A stretch of DNA of 64,000 nucleotides from Magallana gigas. Lineage: Eukaryota. Where the stretch lies: NCBI RefSeq assembly GCF_963853765.1, contig NC_088859.1, forward strand, positions 36,642,001 to 36,706,000, read 5' to 3'. This document shows, one piece after another, positions 61,669 through 64,000 of this stretch; position 1 is the stretch's first letter, and each line of letters starts with the position of its first letter. The notes under the pieces were generated by a model. The model had not been told where the DNA came from. It did no database searches and saw only the letters and a program-made list of their open reading frames with translations. The position numbers were made by a program, and so were the translations under genes.

Positions 61669-64000
61669 ATGTTTTGGATTCTACTTTGTTTGACCATAAC
61701 GTCTGTGTCGGGTAGCTGGACAAACCAGGGTAAGAAAATTATTAACATATTTTCATTCCAAACATTTTTTTTTGTCTTGAATCGAGTTTAAATTGTATGT
61801 CAAATATAACTTGATATGCTTCCATAAGAAAAGTTTTTAATGGCAATTTCTATTATCTTATTCCATGTGCTTTTTATCATATTTTAGAAATTATTAATTG
61901 GTATTTTTTGGTTGGCAAATTGCCTTGTATTGATACATTAAAAATGCCTAAACGATGAAATGTTACATGTATAATAATAGTATATATATATAATATGTGT
62001 TATAAATAGTTCATAGATTTGATAAGATTGCGAGAAGTTGGTATACGAAATTTCCAAAATTGGGTTATGTTATACAGAAAATGACCAAGGACTACCTGCG
62101 TTGCCTAAATATAGACGTGCATGACCTTAATTTAATATTTATCTAATGCTTTAGTCCGGATTAAGATGATGTATGATTTTAGTCTGGATTAAGATGATGT
62201 ATGATTTTCAAACATAGAAACATGGGCAAAACAAGGTACTTATAAATTAAAAGACAGCGTTTTTAAACCTCAAAGGTTCGTGGCAACTGGGAAAGGCCGT
62301 GGGGACGGGCGACGACCCCCCCCCCTTTTTTTTGCATTTTTGTGTGCAAATCTACCTTTTACTCAAGTGACATACATAAAAGCTTATTCAAAAGCAAACT
62401 AGGATATCAATTCTTTTGTAAATTGGAATGTATATAGATATATCGAAATGCAGACTGATATAAATCAAAATAAGAGGGTTGTTGATAGTGTAGCACTCCT
62501 TGTCACAATCATTTTCTTCCCTGGGGAGGGGGGAAGATTTCGAGCTCGAGTTTTGAGAAAGAGGGTTTTTTTCCAAGACTTTTGGGGATAGTCTCTCACC
62601 CACCAACTTGCTTCTGTGATCACGTGACTGCATGGGAGAATGTCAGTATATGGGTCAATGACACAGCCTTCAGTATTCGGCCATACATGTATATCGAACA
62701 CACAAACCGGTCAGATCTCGCAGTGGAATCGGTCATACAAAATCATGTATATAGTAAACACAAAGCGGTCATGTCTCACAGTGGAATCGGTTATACAAAA
62801 TCATGTATACAGTAAACACAAACCGGTCAGATCTTAAAGTGGAATCGGTCATACATGTAAATAGTAAACACACACCGGTCAAGTCTCACACTCGTTTTTA
62901 TTGATTAAACCGTAATCTTTTTTTAAAAATATTTTTTCAAAGTTTGTTTCTAGACAAGCAACCTCAACTGCTTTTTGGCAGTGTGGGTGGGGGTAAATAA
63001 AAAGATATGTAAACTTGTTGGTGTATTACCTCATCGAATGACCCCAGAATTTATCTCGAAACTAAAGGCTTTCAAAGTTTTCAAAACATTATACCTTAAG
63101 AAGGTTACATCTACTATTTCATGATGTTTTTTATTCAATTTTTAATTTGCTTTAATTATATGTTAGTGATAATTACTGTAATAAAACAATGTAATTTTCT
63201 TTTACTTTGAGAAAGTTGTAGTATAATTTGCAGCCCTGCTCTCTGCTTGTATTAAAACACTTTTTTGTAAATGCACGGAGTATCTCTAAAATCTAGTACC
63301 CGATATTCGGAGAGCTATTTTTATTTCGTAAATGAGAACGCGTCGCCATCAATGGTCTTTTTTTTTCTTCATAAAACTGTGCATTATGGCTGTCAAATTT
63401 CCACCGCGGTCATAATTATTGTAATAAAACAATGTAATTTTCTTTAACTTTTATAAAGTTGTAGTATAATTTGCAGCCCTGCTCTCTGCTTGTATTAAAA
63501 CACTTTTTTGTAAATGCACGAAGTATCTCTAAAATCTAGTACCCGATATTCGGAGAGCTATTTTTATTTCGTAAATGAGAACGCGTCGCCACAAATCAAT
63601 GGTCTTTTTCCCCCATAAAACTGAGCATTATGGCTGTCAAATTTCCACCGCGGTCAATTAAGAAACAATGTACACTGTAAGCTTATAAAAACGTCAGTTA
63701 ATGAAATCATTATAATAAAAGCAGCAAAAATAATCAGGAGATCATAGATCAACGTCTACTATGAATTTTTTTATACAAATGCAGATAACACAATTATATA
63801 TTATCGCTCTCTCTCTTTCTTTCATTCTCTCCCTCATACAAACATATTTTTTATCATTTTTATTTATTCGTGAAAACGTTCTCTATATCTAGATGTTGCC
63901 ATCAACATCAACCATCCATTTGCCTACATTGGTGACGGCGGAATCAGAATACGATGTGAGGCAATTGGCACAAAAATCAGGAAGGCAGAGTGGATGACGA
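61669..64000 (+). CDS. Second Ig-domain paralog (partial, runs off the window)
   Basis: Signal-peptide exon 61669-61729 (MFWILLCLTITSVSG, phase 1) and exon 63893->64000 reading DVAININHPFAYIGDGGIRIRCEAIGTKIRKAEWMT, which aligns with EVVLDINKLSAFVGETGLQIRCHADGKTIVDPTWMI of the first Ig gene. Confidence 0.8.
62699..62890. repeat. ~58-bp minisatellite, about 3.3 copies
   Basis: Unit ACACAAACCGGTCAGATCTCGCAGTGGAATCGGTCATACAAAATCATGTATATAGTAA repeated with substitutions. Confidence 0.85.
63170..63656. repeat. 243-bp tandem duplication in intron 1 of the second Ig gene
   Basis: Units start at 63170 and 63413; highly similar, with a few substitutions and indels. Confidence 0.9.

Noticed and set aside
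62582-62815. ORF MGIVSHPPTCFCDH… as an exon of the second Ig gene
   Set aside because: Purine-rich acceptor, runs into a minisatellite, and the signal exon already joins in phase to 63893, matching the paralog's structure.
62699-62890. Repeat array as CRISPR
   Set aside because: Contiguous tandem units without unique spacers, eukaryotic context and no cas genes.

Overview
Eukaryotic, AT-rich, intron-rich DNA. Bivalve mollusc (oyster-like) origin is inferred from the gene families and repeat style, not from a search. No CRISPR array, rRNA or intact tRNA gene was seen. Gene models were spliced by hand from GT/AG boundaries with phase checks. In order: the signal-peptide first exon of a gene leaving the window on the minus strand (138-45); a 23-exon NACHT/WD40 (NWD1/2-like) STAND gene (+, 2969-18060) whose intron 8 holds a 5'-truncated RTEX-like LINE, itself interrupted by a hairpin element; three paralogous FUT10/FUT11-family (GT10) fucosyltransferases (one -, two +); a carbohydrate sulfotransferase (+); a repeat-rich gap; a 4-exon leucokinin/lymnokinin-receptor-like GPCR (-); and two tandem signal-peptide Ig-domain paralogs (+), the second running off the end. 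Many non-autonomous transposons are present (TA-, TTAA- and 5-bp-TSD MITEs, hairpin-ended elements, a Helitron-like element, a SINE). Best leads: a polybasic+CaaX tail on the NWD protein, the diverged FUT10/11 triplet beside a sulfotransferase, and the nested gene>LINE>hairpin insertion. I could not establish a wholly new biological system from sequence alone.
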